Source: Blastocatellia bacterium | Lineage (GTDB): Bacteria; Acidobacteriota; Blastocatellia; UBA7656 | Reading direction: 5' to 3' | Assembly: GCA_963765495.1 (NCBI GenBank) | Contig: CAVXWP010000012.1 | Location: forward strand, 64,001 to 128,000 | DNA length: 64,000 bases | Shown: one piece after another, positions 49,105 to 60,300 of the stretch | How positions within the stretch are numbered: the first letter of the stretch is position 1 | Layout: each line of letters opens with the position of its first letter | Notes under the pieces: model-generated | What the model saw: the letters and a program-made list of their open reading frames with translations, nothing else | Databases searched by the model: none | What the model was told of the DNA's origin: nothing | Program-made: the position numbers and the translations under genes

Positions 49105-49741
49105 TAACCATTTTCTCAACAAGCGGCAGAACGAGCGAGAGGACCGCTTTATGCGTCTCTTCGACTGAGCCGCTCGCGTTGATTGTGCGAATGCGATCAG
49201 GGTACCCCGCCGCCAGATTCAAGTATCCTTCGCGGACTCGCCTGTGAAAATCAAGCTTCTCTTCATCAAGCGCCCCGAGCAGTCCGCCCACGGGGCGAGC
49301 GCCCCGCCTTCTTTGCGCCGTCTCCGGCTCCAGGTCGAACAATATGGTCAGGTCAGGCGCGAAACCTTTAGTGGCAAAATTGTTCAACTCGTCTATCATC
49401 GCAAGGTTCAGCCCGCGCCCGTAGCCTTGAAAGGCTACCGTAGAATCCGTGTGACGATCCGAGATTACTACCCCGCCCGCTTCGACGCCCGGTCTTATCA
49501 CCTCGGCCACGTGTTGAGCGCGGCTTGCGGCCATCAATAAAAGCTCGGTCGTAGGCGTCATCTTTGCGCTCTCACCTGAAACCATAAGAGCGCGGATGTG
49601 CTCGCCTGTGGGAGTGCCGCCCGGTTCGCGCGTGGTTATAGTCTCGATTCCACAGTTTTCGAGCGTGCGTGCGAGCATACGCATTTGAGTGCTCTTCCCG
49701 CACCCGTCTATGCCCTCAAGTGTTATAAAGAGACCGCGCAT
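49094..49741 (-). CDS. tmk: Thymidylate kinase
   Basis: FITLEGIDGCGKST, TREPGGT, SRAQH and SDR..DST.AFQGYGRG. Confidence 0.96.
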   Translation of the reverse strand: MRGLFITLEGIDGCGKSTQMRMLARTLENCGIETITTREPGGTPTGEHIRALMVSGESAKMTPTTELLLMAASRAQHVAEVIRPGVEAGGVVISDRHTDSTVAFQGYGRGLNLAMIDELNNFATKGFAPDLTILFDLEPETAQRRRGARPVGGLLGALDEEKLDFHRRVREGYLNLAAGYPDRIRTINASGSVEETHKAVLSLVLPLVEKMVSDA

Positions 49742-49834
49742 ATATCGATTCTTTCAGGCTCCCCGGACGCGGGCCGTGAGTTTGATTCAGCCGTTTGATA
49801 GAGACCGGCGCGTCAAAAGTGTTCCCAAATTACT

Positions 49835-49860
49835 TGGGCTGCCGTGTCAGGGGCAGCCCA
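49835..49860 (-). terminator. Hairpin downstream of hfq
   Basis: TGGGCTGCC/GGCAGCCCA. Confidence 0.55.
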
Positions 49861-49904
49861 GGGTCTTCAAGATTGGTGTGAATCACAAATCCGCAACGAG
49901 AATT

Positions 49905-50258
49905 TCAAGACCTCTCCTGATTTGAAGCCGTACTGGATTGTGCACCTGGCGCAGGCTCTGCGTGATGTTCGCGCTCTGCGTGGTGTTCACGCTCAACGCG
50001 ATCCCCTACAGAAGGTCCGCGAGGATGATAGTAATCACGCCCGCCGCCGCGCGGCAACGACACGGTCGAGATGGCGTGTTTGAAGATCAGTTGCTCTTGT
50101 GAACCGGCTTCAAGAATCACAGAATATTTGTCGAAACTCTTTATCCTTCCGGTGAGCTTGACGCCGCTCATGAGGTAGATTGTCACATTGCTTCGCTCTT
50201 TGCGGGCACTGTTGAGAAAGCTGTCTTGTATTGTGTTTTGTTGTGAAGTTTTTTCCAT
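49905..50258 (-). CDS. hfq: RNA chaperone Hfq with His-containing C-terminal tail
   Basis: [25 protein letters not shown] and [11 protein letters not shown]. Confidence 0.96.
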   Translation of the reverse strand: MEKTSQQNTIQDSFLNSARKERSNVTIYLMSGVKLTGRIKSFDKYSVILEAGSQEQLIFKHAISTVSLPRGGGRDYYHPRGPSVGDRVEREHHAEREHHAEPAPGAQSSTASNQERS

Positions 50259-50417
50259 TAAACGATTCTCCCCCCAGGCTAAAAAGTTAAATAGGGTGTT
50301 TGAAAGCTAACACAATTAACTCATTACGGGCAAGGGTTTGCGCCCGGAGCGCTTGACACTATCCGCTTCATCAACTAAAAACTACCTTTCCATTTTCAAG
50401 TACAAGGAGATGCATTT

Positions 50418-51032
50418 TTGTCTGTGTTTGGTCCATCCTTATCCATCGAAAAATATGAGGGGGCTTTCACCTCGCAACCTTCAATCGCTATCGCCGTGAA
50501 CGAGACCGTATCATTCGTTCCAGACAGCTACGATATAGATATGATCCGTGCCATAGTCCAGGATCCGTCCCATATATTCGTCTACTGGGAATTGCGCAGG
50601 GACACGCTTCGGGCCTTGAGTCGGTATTTTCCGACCGAAGAAGTGGCGACCTTTCATACGGCGCTCAGGCAAATCGAGGTCAATAGCCGCGAGGAAAGTT
50701 TTTTTGCCGTCGAGCAACAGGACAATTACTGGGTAGAGGCTGCCCCCGGGCGCGAGTATGAATTTGAAATAGGCGTGCGCTCGCCCCTACACGGTTACAT
50801 TGCCATAGTCAGGTCCAACCGCGTCCATACGCCTGAGGCCGTCATTTCGAGTAAACCGCCCGCTGAAAGCGAGTACAAATCAGACATACGGGGGTTCAGC
50901 AAAATGGTCGAGGCCTCAGGTTTTTCAGCAGAACAGGTTGCGCCCGCGTCCGCAATACCCGAAGAAGGCGAAGATCGCTATGAGGGAGAGCTTCCGCTCT
51001 CGCCTTCGAGCGATAAACTGATTCGCGCATAA
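50418..51032 (+). CDS. DUF4912 domain protein
   Basis: PDSY..D.IRAIVQDP...FVYWEL and RSNRVHTP; the usual partner of GH57 branching enzymes. Confidence 0.85.
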   Translation: MSVFGPSLSIEKYEGAFTSQPSIAIAVNETVSFVPDSYDIDMIRAIVQDPSHIFVYWELRRDTLRALSRYFPTEEVATFHTALRQIEVNSREESFFAVEQQDNYWVEAAPGREYEFEIGVRSPLHGYIAIVRSNRVHTPEAVISSKPPAESEYKSDIRGFSKMVEASGFSAEQVAPASAIPEEGEDRYEGELPLSPSSDKLIRA

Positions 51033-51039
51033 GGACAAC

Positions 51040-51102
51040 AGATTTGAGATCTGAGATCTGAGATTTGAGATCCAAAATCACGAATCACACGTCACGCATC
51101 AC
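51040..51102. repeat. Heptamer run (AGATYTG)n joined to ATCACG-type heptamers
   Basis: AGATTTGAGATCTGAGATCTGAGATTTGAGATCC...ATCACGAATCACACGTCACGCATCAC. Confidence 0.75.
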
Positions 51103-51104
51103 AA

Positions 51105-52718
51105 ATGGAAAAGGGACTGCTCGCAATCATTCTGCACGCTCACCTGCCTTTTGTGCGCCACCCGGAGCACCCGGAGTTTCTGGAAGAAGAGTGGCTGTTT
51201 GAAGCCATAAGCGAGACCTACATCCCACTGCTTGAAATGTTTGAAAGCCTCGCCTCGGCGGTCGTGCCCGCGCGCATAACGATCGGGCTTACGCCCCCGC
51301 TGTGCGAGATGCTTTCAGACGAGTTGCTCAAAGGGCGCTATCTCGGGCACGTGTCGAAACTGATCGAGTTATCTGAAAAAGAGGTGCGGCGCACGGCGTA
51401 TCACCCGGAGATGAACGCCACGGCGCGGATGTACCTGAAACGTTTTCAAGCCGCGCGCCTTGCCTTTGATGATCGCTACAACTGCGACCTTCTGAAAGGG
51501 TTTCGCGCTCTGGCCGATGCCGGTGTGATTGACATAATCACTTCCTCTGCCACGCATGCGCTTCTCCCTTTGATAATCAGGCGCGAAGCCCGCCGCGCTC
51601 AGATAGAAGTAGGGCGGCAGAACTTTATCAAACATTTTGGGTGCGCTGCTCGCGGAATCTGGCTTCCCGAATGTGCTTATGAAACCAATCTGGACGAGTT
51701 GATCCGAGAGGCGGGGCAGAGCTTTTTCATAGCCGACGCGCACGCCCTAATGTTTGGCAGCCCGCGCCCGCGACTCGGCATATACGGGCCGGTCATAACG
51801 CCTGCGGGAGTGGCCGCGTTTGCCCGAGACATCGAAACCAGCCGCCAGGTATGGAGCGCGGAATCGGGTTATCCGGGCGACCCGGATTACAGGGAGTTCT
51901 ATCGCGACCTCGCCTATGATGCCGATTACGACTACATAAAACCCTATCTGCACCGGGATGGTGTGAGGCGTAATCTGGGCATCAAATATCATCGCGTAAC
52001 GGGCAAGATTGATCTGGGCCAAAAGGAATACTACGCGCCTGAGTGGGCGGCCCGTAAGGCCGCAATTCATGCCGAGCATTTTCTGTCGAGCCGGAAGGAT
52101 CAGGCTCTCCGCCTCGAATCTATTATGGATCGCAAGCCGATCATAGTTTCGCCCTACGACGCGGAGTTGTTCGGCCACTGGTGGTTTGAGGGGCCGCAAT
52201 TCTTAAATCACCTGATACGAAAGATTCATCTCGAAGAATCAAATATCAGGCTTGCGACCCCGCTCGATTATCTGGCGGAGTTCCCCGAAAATCAGCGCCA
52301 GCAGCCCGCTGCCTCTTCGTGGGGAGCCGAAGGCTACAATCGCGTGTGGATAAATGAGAAGACCCGGTGGATGTATAAACACCAGCATGTAGCCGAAGAC
52401 CGAATGATAGAGATGGCTCGGGCGCACCCTTCACCCGCAGGCGAGCTCCGGCGGGCGCTCAATCAGGCAGCGCGCGAATTGCTGCTGGCCGAATCCTCCG
52501 ACTGGGCCTTTATAATCACTACGGGCACGGCGGTCGAGTACGCCGAAAACCGATTCCGCGATCACATATATCGCTTCAACCGGCTCTACGAGATGATCGG
52601 GCAAAACCAGATAGACCGCGAGTGGCTCGGCCAGATCGAATCGCGCGACTCCATATTTCCAGAGCTTGATTATCGAACCGCCTACCTGACCGATGAAGAG
52701 CGCAAGCAGTTCGCATAA
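51105..52718 (+). CDS. GH57 1,4-alpha-glucan branching enzyme (DUF1957)
   Basis: LHAHLPFV, EWLFEAISETY, GIWLPECAY, YDAELFGHWWFEG and LLAESSDWAF. Confidence 0.94.
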   Translation: MEKGLLAIILHAHLPFVRHPEHPEFLEEEWLFEAISETYIPLLEMFESLASAVVPARITIGLTPPLCEMLSDELLKGRYLGHVSKLIELSEKEVRRTAYHPEMNATARMYLKRFQAARLAFDDRYNCDLLKGFRALADAGVIDIITSSATHALLPLIIRREARRAQIEVGRQNFIKHFGCAARGIWLPECAYETNLDELIREAGQSFFIADAHALMFGSPRPRLGIYGPVITPAGVAAFARDIETSRQVWSAESGYPGDPDYREFYRDLAYDADYDYIKPYLHRDGVRRNLGIKYHRVTGKIDLGQKEYYAPEWAARKAAIHAEHFLSSRKDQALRLESIMDRKPIIVSPYDAELFGHWWFEGPQFLNHLIRKIHLEESNIRLATPLDYLAEFPENQRQQPAASSWGAEGYNRVWINEKTRWMYKHQHVAEDRMIEMARAHPSPAGELRRALNQAARELLLAESSDWAFIITTGTAVEYAENRFRDHIYRFNRLYEMIGQNQIDREWLGQIESRDSIFPELDYRTAYLTDEERKQFA

Positions 52719-52754
52719 TATTAAATCTGGAATAAACCCGCCTTGTGCGTGGGC

Positions 52755-52897
52755 CATTCAGTTTTTAACCTACAGGCGATAGGCGAACACAATATCAAGG
52801 GTTGATTTGAAGCGAGGGCGAGATGAAAATAGGCCGCATCCGCGTCCGTCCCGGCCCATTTTCATTTTCCTATCCTACATTTTGGATAACCGAATGA
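52755..52897 (-). mobile_element. Non-autonomous MITE-like element, copy 2
   Basis: Ends CATTCAG...CCGAATG; diverged reverse-complement match to 13314-13524. Confidence 0.6.
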
Positions 52898-53037
52898 CCC
52901 TGAATGACTACTGACTCCGTCGACCGTTTGTCTCCCGCGCCCGCTTTCAAAGCATACCCTCCGGCTGCTAGTATTTTGGTTTCCACCCTGCGGCACGCGC
53001 CGCGCCGGGGATGACTGAGCAGGGAGTTGATCCGAAT

Positions 53038-55026
53038 ATGTTGATTCAAGAAGTTGTGCGCGAACGTCTGCGTTCGGCCATAAAAGAGCTTTTCGATATA
53101 GAGCTTACAGAAATTTCTGTGGAAGTGCCTCCGAAAACCGCGATGGGCGATCTGGCCTTCCCCCTGGCCTTCGAGCTTGCAAAGCGATTAAAAGCGGCTA
53201 CGGGGCAGAAACAGAATCCGAGAGACATCGCAATGCGTCTGGCCGAAGAGATGCGCGGTATCGAGGGGGTCGCCCGCGCAGAGGTGGCGGGCGCGGGATA
53301 CATAAATCTCTATCTCAACCGGACCGCTTATTTGCTCGACTCTGTGCGCGAGCCTGAACGCCTTGCGTCCACGCTTGGCGGCAAGATCATCGTTGAACAC
53401 ACTTCGGTCAATCCGAACAAGGCCGCCCACATAGGCCATCTGCGTAACTCCGTTCTCGGAGACACGACCGTCCGATTGCTTCGCGCCGGGGGCGAACAGG
53501 TGGAGGTGCAGAATTACATCGATAACACCGGGGTGCAGGTGGCCGATGTAGTCGTCGGATTCAAATTCGTGAACCCGAAAACCCTCGACGAGATCAAGGC
53601 CATAAGCGACAGGTTCGATTATTACTGCTGGGACCTTTATGCTCGCGTGGGCGGCTTTTATGAAGAGGATAAATCGCGACTCGCGCTGCGCGCCGACACT
53701 CTTCACGAAATCGAATCCGGCGAGGGCGAAACCTACGAGATGGCCGATTACATTTCGACTCGCATAGGTCGCTCTCACCTCGATACGATGCTCAGGTTGG
53801 GAGTCGAATACGACGTATTGCCGCGTGAATCCGATGTGCTTCACATGCATATCTGGGAGCGCGCCTTCGATCTTCTCAAAGCGCGCCACGCCATCGAATA
53901 CGAAACCGGAGGGAAGCTTTCGGGGTGCTGGGTCATGCGCTCGGGCGACGAGGGCGAAGAAGGCGCGGACGGCGAGAGCGAGCACGAAGCCGATAAGGTC
54001 ATAGTGCGCTCGAACGGGACCGTCACTTATACGGGCAAAGACATAGCCTTTCACCTGTGGAAGCTCGGACAGCTTGGAATCGATTTTTATTACAAGCCCT
54101 TTCACACCTACCCGGACCAAAACACGGTCTGGATAACGACATCAGACGCGAGCGAAAACGTGGCCGACCACCCGCAGTTCGGAAATGGTGCCGCCTTCTT
54201 CAATGTGATCGACATAGGCCAGTCCTACCCGCAGCATTACGTAAAGCTCGGCGTGATGGCCGTGGACCACGATCAGCGCGTAGAGCGAAGCGCCCACCTC
54301 GCATATGAAAAGGTGGTACTGACTCCGGCTTCAGCCGAGCAACTCGGGCAGACGCTTTCCGAAGAAGACCGGCAGCGCGGGGTCATAAGCATGTCGGGCC
54401 GCAAAGGGCTTGGAGTGAAGGCCGACGATTTGATAGATCAACTCGAAGCAAACGCGCTGGCGGAAGTCGCAGGCCGACACCCCGATCTCAGCCCGGAGGA
54501 CAAACAGGACGCGGCGCATAAAATCGCCGTAGGCGCGCTTCGTTATTTCCTTCTCAAATACTCGCGCACCTCGATAATCTCGTTTGACTTCAAAGAGGCG
54601 CTGGCCTTTGACGGAGAGACCGGGCCCTACATTCAATACTCGATTGTCAGGACCAATTCTATATTCCGAAAGCTCGAGGATGCGGGCATAAAGCAATCCT
54701 CGCTCGATGCGGAAGGGTTTTCGCGCGAGCAGATCGCCGAAGTTCTAAGCGGCGAGGACGGCGACGAGTTGTGGTCGCTCGTCTATCTTGCCACGCGGCT
54801 CGCGGAGACAATTCGTGGCGCGGTCGCGGCGCTCGAACCATCGGTGGTCGCCAAATGGGCGTTTCAACTCGCGCAGAGGTTCAATGTCTTTTATCAAAAA
54901 TATCACATCCTGTCGGAATCAGACCCGACGCGCCGCGAGGTGCTTGTAGCCATAACTTCAATCGTGCGGCGGCAGTTGGTCGCGGCGCTCGCGGTGCTCG
55001 GCATCGAAGCGCCTGAGCGGATGTGA
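53038..55026 (+). CDS. argS: Arginine--tRNA ligase
   Basis: [28 protein letters not shown] (HIGH), [16 protein letters not shown] and terminal GIEAPERM; alternative start at 53011. Confidence 0.96.
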   Translation: MLIQEVVRERLRSAIKELFDIELTEISVEVPPKTAMGDLAFPLAFELAKRLKAATGQKQNPRDIAMRLAEEMRGIEGVARAEVAGAGYINLYLNRTAYLLDSVREPERLASTLGGKIIVEHTSVNPNKAAHIGHLRNSVLGDTTVRLLRAGGEQVEVQNYIDNTGVQVADVVVGFKFVNPKTLDEIKAISDRFDYYCWDLYARVGGFYEEDKSRLALRADTLHEIESGEGETYEMADYISTRIGRSHLDTMLRLGVEYDVLPRESDVLHMHIWERAFDLLKARHAIEYETGGKLSGCWVMRSGDEGEEGADGESEHEADKVIVRSNGTVTYTGKDIAFHLWKLGQLGIDFYYKPFHTYPDQNTVWITTSDASENVADHPQFGNGAAFFNVIDIGQSYPQHYVKLGVMAVDHDQRVERSAHLAYEKVVLTPASAEQLGQTLSEEDRQRGVISMSGRKGLGVKADDLIDQLEANALAEVAGRHPDLSPEDKQDAAHKIAVGALRYFLLKYSRTSIISFDFKEALAFDGETGPYIQYSIVRTNSIFRKLEDAGIKQSSLDAEGFSREQIAEVLSGEDGDELWSLVYLATRLAETIRGAVAALEPSVVAKWAFQLAQRFNVFYQKYHILSESDPTRREVLVAITSIVRRQLVAALAVLGIEAPERM

Positions 55027-55107
55027 TACGCAGTCGCGTTTGCCTGAGGTTATCGGGCAGGGTTATACAACTGATCGGGAAACGCGCGTGTAAGTCAGGA
55101 GAAATTT

Positions 55108-56133
55108 ATGCTTATCGTGATGAAGTCGGAAGCCACCCCGGAGCAGGTGGAAGAGGTGCTCAGAGTCATACGCGAACTCGGATTCAAGCCTCACGCGATG
55201 CCCGGCGCTACCCGCACCGCCATCGGAATTACGGGCAATCAGGGCGCGATTGATCCGGGGCACTTCGAGATACTGCCCGGCGTGGCCGAAGCCATCAAGG
55301 TTTCGAAACCTTATAAGCTGGTCAGCCGCGACCTCAAACACGAAGACACGGTCGTGCGCGTAGGAGACGCGGAAATAGGCGGGCCGGAGCCTGCCATAAT
55401 AGCCGGGCCTTGCGCGGTCGAATCCCGACAGCAGATTCTGGAGATAGCCGAGATCGTAGCCTCGTGCGGGGTGAAATTATTTCGCGGCGGCGCATTCAAG
55501 CCGCGCACTTCTCCATATTCGTTTCAGGGGCTGGGCGAAGAAGGGTTGAAGATACTGGCCGAAGCGCGTGAGAGATTCGGGCTGCAAATCGTAACCGAGG
55601 TATTAGACACCGATACCTTCGGTCTGGTCGAGAGCTACGCCGACCTGTTGCAAATAGGCGCGCGCAACATGCAGAACTTCTCGTTGCTCAAACGCGCGGG
55701 GCAATCACGCAAACCCGTGATGTTGAAACGGGGGATGTCGGCTACGCTTGAAGAATTGCTGCTGGCAGCCGAATACATAATGGCCGAGGGCAACTATCAG
55801 GTAATCCTGTGCGAGCGCGGCGTCCGCACATTTGCCGATCACACACGCAACACTCTGGATTTATCCATAGTGCCCGCGGTGCAGAACCGCTCTCACCTTC
55901 CAATCATAGTTGACCCGTCGCACGGCACGGGCAAGCGTCATAAAGTGATTCCGCTTGCGCGAGCAGCCGTAGCCGTAGGCGCAGACGGCATTATGGTGGA
56001 AGTTCACAACCATCCCGAGCAGGCGCTCTCGGACGGGCCACAGGCGCTTTTGCCTGAGATGTTCAAACAGATGATCGATGAGATTCGAGCCATCCACGCG
56101 GTACTGGCCGAAACCGAGGCAAGTTATGCGTGA
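55108..56133 (+). CDS. aroF: DAHP synthase type I-beta with N-terminal regulatory domain
   Basis: [39 protein letters not shown] and DPSHGTG. Confidence 0.95.
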   Translation: MLIVMKSEATPEQVEEVLRVIRELGFKPHAMPGATRTAIGITGNQGAIDPGHFEILPGVAEAIKVSKPYKLVSRDLKHEDTVVRVGDAEIGGPEPAIIAGPCAVESRQQILEIAEIVASCGVKLFRGGAFKPRTSPYSFQGLGEEGLKILAEARERFGLQIVTEVLDTDTFGLVESYADLLQIGARNMQNFSLLKRAGQSRKPVMLKRGMSATLEELLLAAEYIMAEGNYQVILCERGVRTFADHTRNTLDLSIVPAVQNRSHLPIIVDPSHGTGKRHKVIPLARAAVAVGADGIMVEVHNHPEQALSDGPQALLPEMFKQMIDEIRAIHAVLAETEASYA

Positions 56134-56244
56134 ATCGTGAATCGTGAATCGTGATGCGTGATGCGTGACCGGAAGCGGGCGGCTCCTCGAATTGAAATTG
56201 CAAGTTTCACGCATCACGATTCACGATTCACGATTCACGATTCA
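56129..56244. repeat. Heptamer-armed palindromic element, copy C
   Basis: (CGTGAAT)3(CGTGATG)2 - spacer - TCACGCA followed by (TCACGAT)n; contains the aroF stop codon. Confidence 0.88.
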
Positions 56245-56247
56245 GCT

Positions 56248-57264
56248 ATGAAACTGATAGTCTTCAATGTCTCTAATTTCGAGCGCCATTCATTCGAATC
56301 GCTCAAGTCTGAGAAGGGCTGGGAAGTGCATTTGCTCGATGAGCGGCTGACACCTGATTTCGATCCGTCTCCCGAAATGCATACGGCCGAGGCCATCGCG
56401 GTCTTTGTAAACAATCCTGTAAACGAAGAGACGCTCTCGAAATTTCCTTCGTTGAAAGTAGTCGTGACCCGTTCGACCGGCTACGATCACATAGATGTCG
56501 AAGCCTGCCGCAGGCGTTCGATCCCTGTTTACTATGTGCCCGATTACGGGAGCGTGACGGTGGCTGAATACACACTCGCCTGTGTGCTTGCGCTCATCCG
56601 AAGACTGCGCCCGATGATCGAGCAAAGCATGCACGGAGCGTTTTCCCGCGAAAACCTCCGAGGCAATGATCTGGCCGGAAAGACCGTGGGGCTACTCGGA
56701 ACCGGAAAGATCGGGCGCGAAGTGGCGCGCAGGCTTGCGGCGTTCTCGGTCAGGATATTGCTTTATGACAAGTACCCGGATGAAGAGTTCGCTCGAAGCA
56801 TTCCGGGCGCTGAGTATTGCGATCTGGAAACCCTGTACCGCAAAAGCCACATCCTCACATTCCACCTGCCGTTAAACGCGGAGACCACGCACATCTTCAA
56901 TCGCGAGTCGCTCAGGCTTGTGCAGTGGAATGCCTTCCTGATAAACACCTCGCGCGGCCCGGTGGTCGAAACCGCAGCCGTGATCGAAGGACTGCGCGAG
57001 GGGCGGCTTGCGGGCGTTGCGCTCGACACCTTCGAGTCGGAAGAGGTGATCATGGAAGAGCAGTTTTTTGTGGCGGATTATTTGTCTCAATCCACTTTGC
57101 GAACGGCGCTTGCCACCTATCACCTGTTGCGAAGCGACCGGGTGATCCTCTCTCCTCATAACGCATACAACTCAGAGGAAGCTCTCCAGCGAATCATAGA
57201 TACCACGATTGAAAACCTCGAATCGTTTTTGATGGGCAGTGACACTCCAAACCGCCTGGCATAG
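56248..57264 (+). CDS. D-isomer-specific 2-hydroxyacid dehydrogenase (D-lactate DH-like)
   Basis: TRSTGYDHID, VAEY, GTGKIG, INTSRG, LDTFESE and SPHNAY; true start MKLIVF at 56248. Confidence 0.9.
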   Translation: MKLIVFNVSNFERHSFESLKSEKGWEVHLLDERLTPDFDPSPEMHTAEAIAVFVNNPVNEETLSKFPSLKVVVTRSTGYDHIDVEACRRRSIPVYYVPDYGSVTVAEYTLACVLALIRRLRPMIEQSMHGAFSRENLRGNDLAGKTVGLLGTGKIGREVARRLAAFSVRILLYDKYPDEEFARSIPGAEYCDLETLYRKSHILTFHLPLNAETTHIFNRESLRLVQWNAFLINTSRGPVVETAAVIEGLREGRLAGVALDTFESEEVIMEEQFFVADYLSQSTLRTALATYHLLRSDRVILSPHNAYNSEEALQRIIDTTIENLESFLMGSDTPNRLA

Positions 57265-57297
57265 ATCGCGGCAGTGATCAGTGGACCCGGCCCCACT

Positions 57298-57336
57298 AAA
57301 AAAGGGGCCGGCTGCTTGCAAGCGACCGGCCCTCTT
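57298..57336 (-). terminator. Rho-independent terminator
   Basis: GGGCCGG/CCGGCCC stem with a T-run on the minus strand, between convergent genes. Confidence 0.7.
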
Positions 57337-57389
57337 GAATTGTTATCTGCCTGATTCCTCAGACAGAATTTCGATCTTCGTTATACATG

Positions 57390-60300
57390 TTACGGAGCAG
57401 TGCAATTACAGGAGTTGTTGGCTATGTTGCTGTCTTTGAAATTACACAGCGTAGTGCCAACCGGCATCTGTAACGATGCCGCACCCGTAACCGGCTGATT
57501 TACATTCAACGGCGGTAACACCTGTATAGTCACCTTCTTCGTCGAGGTTGTGTGAGTTATGGTGATAAACCCGCCCGGCTTCTTCGTCACTGTTCCGGTC
57601 CCTGACACCGTCGTTGCCCCGCAGCAGAAGACATAATCTCCCGTTGTAGAGCTTGCCAGCACTACGTTGGCAGGGTTCGTATTATCTTCGATGCAGATGT
57701 CATAGACCGTCACATTAAACGTGCAGGTCGTGACGTTCCCGGCTGTATCTCTTGCCGTGCAGGTCACAGTTGTCACGCCTCGCGGGAAGGTAGTCCCAGA
57801 GGCGGGTGAACAGGTCACGGTCACGCCCGGGCAGTTGTCGGTAGCAACCGGCGTCGCATAGTTGACCACAGCGCCGCCCGAATTCGGATTCGGTGTGACG
57901 GCTGTGATATTGGCCGGGCAGGTGATCTGCGGGGCCTGTGTGTCCTTGACCGTCACTATGAATTTGCACGAGTTTCCGGCAGTAGTCGTGCAGGTGACGA
58001 CCGTGTTGCCTATGGGGAAGAACCCGCTCGATGGCGGCGTGCAGGTCACTACGCCGCAGGTTCCGCTTGTTGTCGGAGCCGGATAGTTGACTATTGCCCC
58101 GCACTGACCCGGAGTGTTATCCACAACTATTTTGCTCGGGCAGGTGATCGTGCACGCGCCGCAGGTTCCGCCGCCGTCCGTGTCACAGACCAGACCCGAA
58201 ACGGTAAGCGTATAGCTGGAACACCCCGCGCCCTGATTTATCTCGTGCACGTTGACAAGCAGTGTCGCGCCCGCCGGAACGGTTGACGAGAATGCGAGGG
58301 TCGGGGCCGGACTGTTACCCGGATCGCCCAGATAGTTTGTGCAGATATTGCTTGGAACGAAACTGTTCAGATACGCCGTGCTGATTATCGGGTTTGTGGC
58401 GCTCGGACAATTTGCCGTCAGCGTAATCGTCACGCAAGCATCCGTTGGACCGTTTGTGAACGAATAAAGATCGTATGATCTGTTTGTACCCGCTCCTATC
58501 GGACCCGGGCATACCTTGGGAATCAGACACGAACTGGCTACCCCGTTGCGCCCCATGCGACCGTCCTGCTGAAGGTCGTTTGAGTCGAGAGAACCGTTTA
58601 TGACGACATCGGCGCAGGTACAGGTCGTCAGGCTGAATGTGACCATGCTCGACCCGCCCCCGAATGTTACGGTCAGCGTGAAGTCAATCGGTGTGCCGCA
58701 CATAAAGCCGGGTGACGTGCTTACAGAGAAAGGCACTGTGTTTGTGGCGGTGGCGTCAATCGCCATGTTGGGATAGGGCGAATTCGGTTGCGTGATGGTG
58801 ACTCCCGGCGTGGAGGTCGAAAGCGTGGCCGAGACGTTTGTGGCCGGGGCGCATCCGATATTCTCTATCGTCACGTTCAGGTTATTGCACTCGTTGCGAT
58901 CAATAACTCCGTTTCCGTTTCCGCCCGATACGGCTGAAGAGACGTAACCCATATCCCCCACTCCATCGAGACAGGCGTTGAGCGTGGTCGTCTGACCATC
59001 GGTGATGGTTACGTTGAACGGGCCTGCCGGGGCGCAGCTACGGGGAATAGAGCTAATGGTAGCCGTATAACTGCCCGGCGCAAGCTTCATCGAATAGGTT
59101 CCGTTGGCAATCGTGGCGCTCGAATACCCGTTCGACGGCCCGCCGGAAACCTGTATCATCGCGTCTGAAATCGGCGCGCCGGAAGCGCACGCGGTGATCG
59201 TTCCCGCAAGCGTACCCTGCGCCGGGGTTGTGCAGCTTGTGAATTTGAAAGCGCCTATGCGCGTGTGCCAGTTGAACTGCGTAAGCCCGGCAGGGTAATA
59301 CTCGTTTGTATGCCAGAAGGTGCAGTCGTCGCTCGGGTCTATCATAGTCGAGGTATAATCGCCCCAGCGGTTGCCGCTTGCCTGTTGTGATCCGAGTCCG
59401 GCAAACATCGTGGCTTCGCCCTGAAGCAGACCGCCCGTCTCGTTAAAGGCCCGGCCCGCATACCTGATCGAGGGGAAAAGGGTCGTGCTCGAAGCGGAGT
59501 AGGCAACCGCGAGATTGCCCTGATTGTCAATGGCCGCGCTTCCCATCCAGCGGTTTGTGCCGGTCGAGCCGTTGCCCGCATCCGGCGAAAATGTAGCCTG
59601 ATCGTAAACCGCATACATGCCGCCGGGGGTTGATTTGCGGAACTCGTAATAGCGTATGCCCGCCTGATGCGTTGCCGCCGTGGTTCCCGCTCCGCCGCTC
59701 ACGTTTACGGTGTGAGTGGTCACAAGCGATTCTACGCCACCGCGATTGAAGTACTGCACGCGGTGCATCAAGCGGTCGCCGATTGAATCCAGGCGGTCGG
59801 CTGCAACCGAAGGCGCGGGCTGCTCGATGTCGGTCCTTCCATTCGGATTGCGCGGGTCGAAAGCCGCGACTGTGATCGGGCTTTCAGACCGCTCAAGGAA
59901 TGTGGAATTTGCCGGTGTAACCCAGTCCGCGTGGAAATTGAAGAGCCGGACCGCGTCGCCTTCCGGGTCGCCAAAGGTCGCCGAAGTGTAGATGGCAAAC
60001 ACATTCGGAGCGCCCGCAGGAGGCGGAAGCAATCCGTCGTGATCCGACGGAAGCATGCCGGAGGAAGAATCGCTGAAGTCTCCGTTTTGAAATTGGATTA
60101 TGCCGGCGGTCGGGTCTCCCACAAGCATCTTCGCGCGGTCGAAAGCGACAGCGCCTACGCCGACGAAACCGCCCCCCAGAAAGAATTCTCTGGTTGACAT
60201 GTAATAGCCGTCGGGCCACACGCCCAGATGCGGATAATCGGGGAAGTTGTTGCCGTCTACTATGAAATCATAGAGAAAGTATTCGCCGGTCGGGTCGCCG

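Noticed and set aside
56158-56247. N-terminal extension of the dehydrogenase ([13 protein letters not shown])
   Set aside because: It is the translated heptamer repeat; the real start is at 56248.
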